Below, one piece after another: positions 30,289 to 32,000 of a stretch of DNA of 32,000 bases; positions within the stretch are counted from its first letter, which is position 1, and every line of letters starts with the position of its first letter. The notes beneath the pieces are model-generated. The model did no database searches. It saw only the letters and a program-made list of their open reading frames with translations, and had not been told where the DNA came from. This DNA comes from Rhodopseudomonas sp. NSM (GTDB taxonomy: Bacteria; Pseudomonadota; Alphaproteobacteria; Rhizobiales; Xanthobacteraceae): the NCBI GenBank assembly GCA_052445935.1, contig JBQTCH010000003.1; one strand, written 5' to 3'. A program made the translations under genes and the position numbers.

Positions 30289-31854
30289 TCATTGCAGCCA
30301 TCTGGGGAATCCGAGTGCGAACCGATAGGTCCCGACGCTGATCTGAGAGTTGTCGGTCGGTTGCAGTCGCTGCAGCTTCATCGTCAGTTGTTCGCCGCGT
30401 TTCGGGCGAATGAACAGGATGCGGGCAGTCGAGCGCGGTCCGCCATCGAGCGGCTCCAGGAACGGCGTCGCAGGCATCGTCTTCATTTCGCGGCTGTATT
30501 TCAGCGGGGTGCCGTCGATCGCGACGCTGTCTCCGAAATGGTAGTTCTGGAGCCAGTCGCCGCGCGTGTGCGTGATGTCGACAAAGTCGATCGACCCCGC
30601 CCGCGACAGATCGAGCTTGATCTCGCCGCCGTTGCGCACGGCTGCCACGGGGATGTTGTCGATCTCGAGCCGGAGGCAGGCGACCACGGCGACCGTCATG
30701 AAAATGGCGACGGTCGCAACCCGGCTCCAGGTCGATGCCGTCCGGATGAATGCGACAAACGGAAGCGTCAGCATTCCGCCGAGCACCAGCGCCCACTTCA
30801 GATAATGATAATTGCCGAAGTGAAGCAGGCCCGATGGAAAAAGGTCGTCAAAGGACAGGTAGATTGCGAACATCAGCAGGATCAGAACAGCCGTGGCCCG
30901 AGCCCAGCGTTTTCCGAACACGACCAAGCTGACGATGATCGCCAGCGACACGACGAACCAGGGGAACGCGTTCAGAATGGTCTGTCCGCTGTCGAAATAG
31001 AGCGATCCGCTGTCGAGGAAAAGCGATACGAACTTTTCCGGAATATCGGTCAATCTGAGGCGGTCGTTTGTTTCGACCATGTAGGGTGAGATCGGAGACC
31101 GGAAGATCAACAGGTTGTTCGCGAAGAACAGAACGGGGCCGATCAGGCCGCCGGCCGCCAGGCAGGCAGCGTGACGCACCGCCTGCCGCAGCGAGTTGCG
31201 GAATGGCCAGCACCAGAACGGAAGCAGCGCAGCGCCCAGAATGACGCCGTCGAGCGGTCTGGCCAGAAACGCCAGTCCGATCAGAAGCGCGAACAGGAAC
31301 GATGTGGCGTAAGTCGGCTGCCGCTCCTCCGCTCTCTGAAGCAGATAGATGCAGCCGATGACCAGCGGACTGACGACGGTCGAGGTCCACGGCACCACGT
31401 AGGATGTCGCGATCAGCGGTTCGACCATCAGCAGCAGGATCGCGAGCGCCGCCGCAACCACCGGATGGGCGACCTTCGAGAAGATCCGGACGAGCAGGTA
31501 GGCCGACACGGCCACGCAGGCAATATTGACGAAAAGGAACGGGTCTGTCGGGTAGATCCCGAGAAACGGAACGGCGAGCGCGGAATACAGCGGCGGATAT
31601 CGGTGTTCAGCGGGATTGAACGCCAGATGCGCGAAATCGATGGTGCTCTTGAGATACGATCCCTGATCGGCCCAGCCGCGCCAGCCAGCAATGCCGCTAC
31701 GTGGCGCCGACTTGCAGAGGGCGTACTGGATCAGAAACAGAATCGAGCAGATTGCGCTCGCTGCGACTGCGGAATGACGCGCAATGAAACTGCGGGGCGA
31801 AAGATCCGAGGCATCGATCGGAGGTTTGGAGATCAGAGATGCGTCGGTCGACAT
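30289..31854 (-). CDS. Large polytopic membrane protein, possibly a GT-C-type (ArnT/PMT-like) glycosyltransferase, with a soluble C-terminal domain (521 aa)
   Basis: There are at least 10 hydrophobic segments, followed by a ~150-aa non-hydrophobic C-terminus. The GT-C assignment rests only on topology and neighbourhood. Confidence 0.65.
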   Translation of the reverse strand: MSTDASLISKPPIDASDLSPRSFIARHSAVAASAICSILFLIQYALCKSAPRSGIAGWRGWADQGSYLKSTIDFAHLAFNPAEHRYPPLYSALAVPFLGIYPTDPFLFVNIACVAVSAYLLVRIFSKVAHPVVAAALAILLLMVEPLIATSYVVPWTSTVVSPLVIGCIYLLQRAEERQPTYATSFLFALLIGLAFLARPLDGVILGAALLPFWCWPFRNSLRQAVRHAACLAAGGLIGPVLFFANNLLIFRSPISPYMVETNDRLRLTDIPEKFVSLFLDSGSLYFDSGQTILNAFPWFVVSLAIIVSLVVFGKRWARATAVLILLMFAIYLSFDDLFPSGLLHFGNYHYLKWALVLGGMLTLPFVAFIRTASTWSRVATVAIFMTVAVVACLRLEIDNIPVAAVRNGGEIKLDLSRAGSIDFVDITHTRGDWLQNYHFGDSVAIDGTPLKYSREMKTMPATPFLEPLDGGPRSTARILFIRPKRGEQLTMKLQRLQPTDNSQISVGTYRFALGFPRWLQ

Positions 31855-32000
31855 TGGCCGCTCAGGTCAAACTCAAGGACAGATTCGAGGAGAACGGCCC
31901 GAGGCGTAGACCGGTGTAACCCACCGAGGTCGATCGATCGATGCCCTCGGCCAACCGCCTCAGGAGCGATCGCGACATCAAGATCAGATTCTCCTGCTCG

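Noticed and set aside
31862-32000. A partial - strand reading frame (...LAEGIDRSTSVGYTGLRLGPFSSNLSLSLT*) ending 7 nt before the membrane protein start
   Set aside because: Only ~45 codons are visible, with no recognisable motif and no ribosome-binding evidence. It cannot be supported as a gene from this window alone.

Overview
This is a high-GC segment (single 60-nt lines counted by hand give about 67-72% GC) that looks like a Bradyrhizobium/Rhodopseudomonas-type alphaproteobacterial chromosome. That assignment is an inference from composition and from two intergenic repeat families. The + strand carries an RcGTA-type gene transfer agent (GTA) structural cluster. In order it contains a portal 3' fragment, two small ORFs, the HK97 prohead protease and the HK97 major capsid protein. 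After a 4.9-kb interruption come the head-tail connector, adaptor, DUF3168 protein, major tail protein, two chaperone-like ORFs and tape measure. These are followed by the DUF2460 and DUF2163 proteins, an NlpC/P60 peptidase, a 1285-aa host-specificity protein and a DUF2793 protein. The main finding is that the head module is interleaved with an array of polymorphic toxin/immunity cassettes. Eight toxin-type reading frames or stubs lie on the GTA strand. Five of them share a ~75-aa N-terminal module that ends in NQPRVPAGNPDGGQWT. Downstream of that motif they switch to one of three unrelated HNH-type nuclease domains, and each domain type is followed by its own family of small putative immunity genes. 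Four of the five N-terminus-bearing toxin genes carry different in-frame stops or a frameshift, while every immunity gene is intact. Degenerate copies of the 3' ends of the portal, protease and capsid genes flank the cassettes. Two MITE/REP-like repeat families also fill the tail-module intergenic gaps, and an opposite-strand ORF flanked by direct repeat copies sits between the peptidase and host-specificity genes. From about 25.7 kb a lower-GC island on the - strand encodes a radical SAM enzyme, three methyltransferases and a large polytopic membrane protein. No rRNA, tRNA or CRISPR array was recognised. All family assignments come from reading motifs by eye and from memory of the families; no searches were run.
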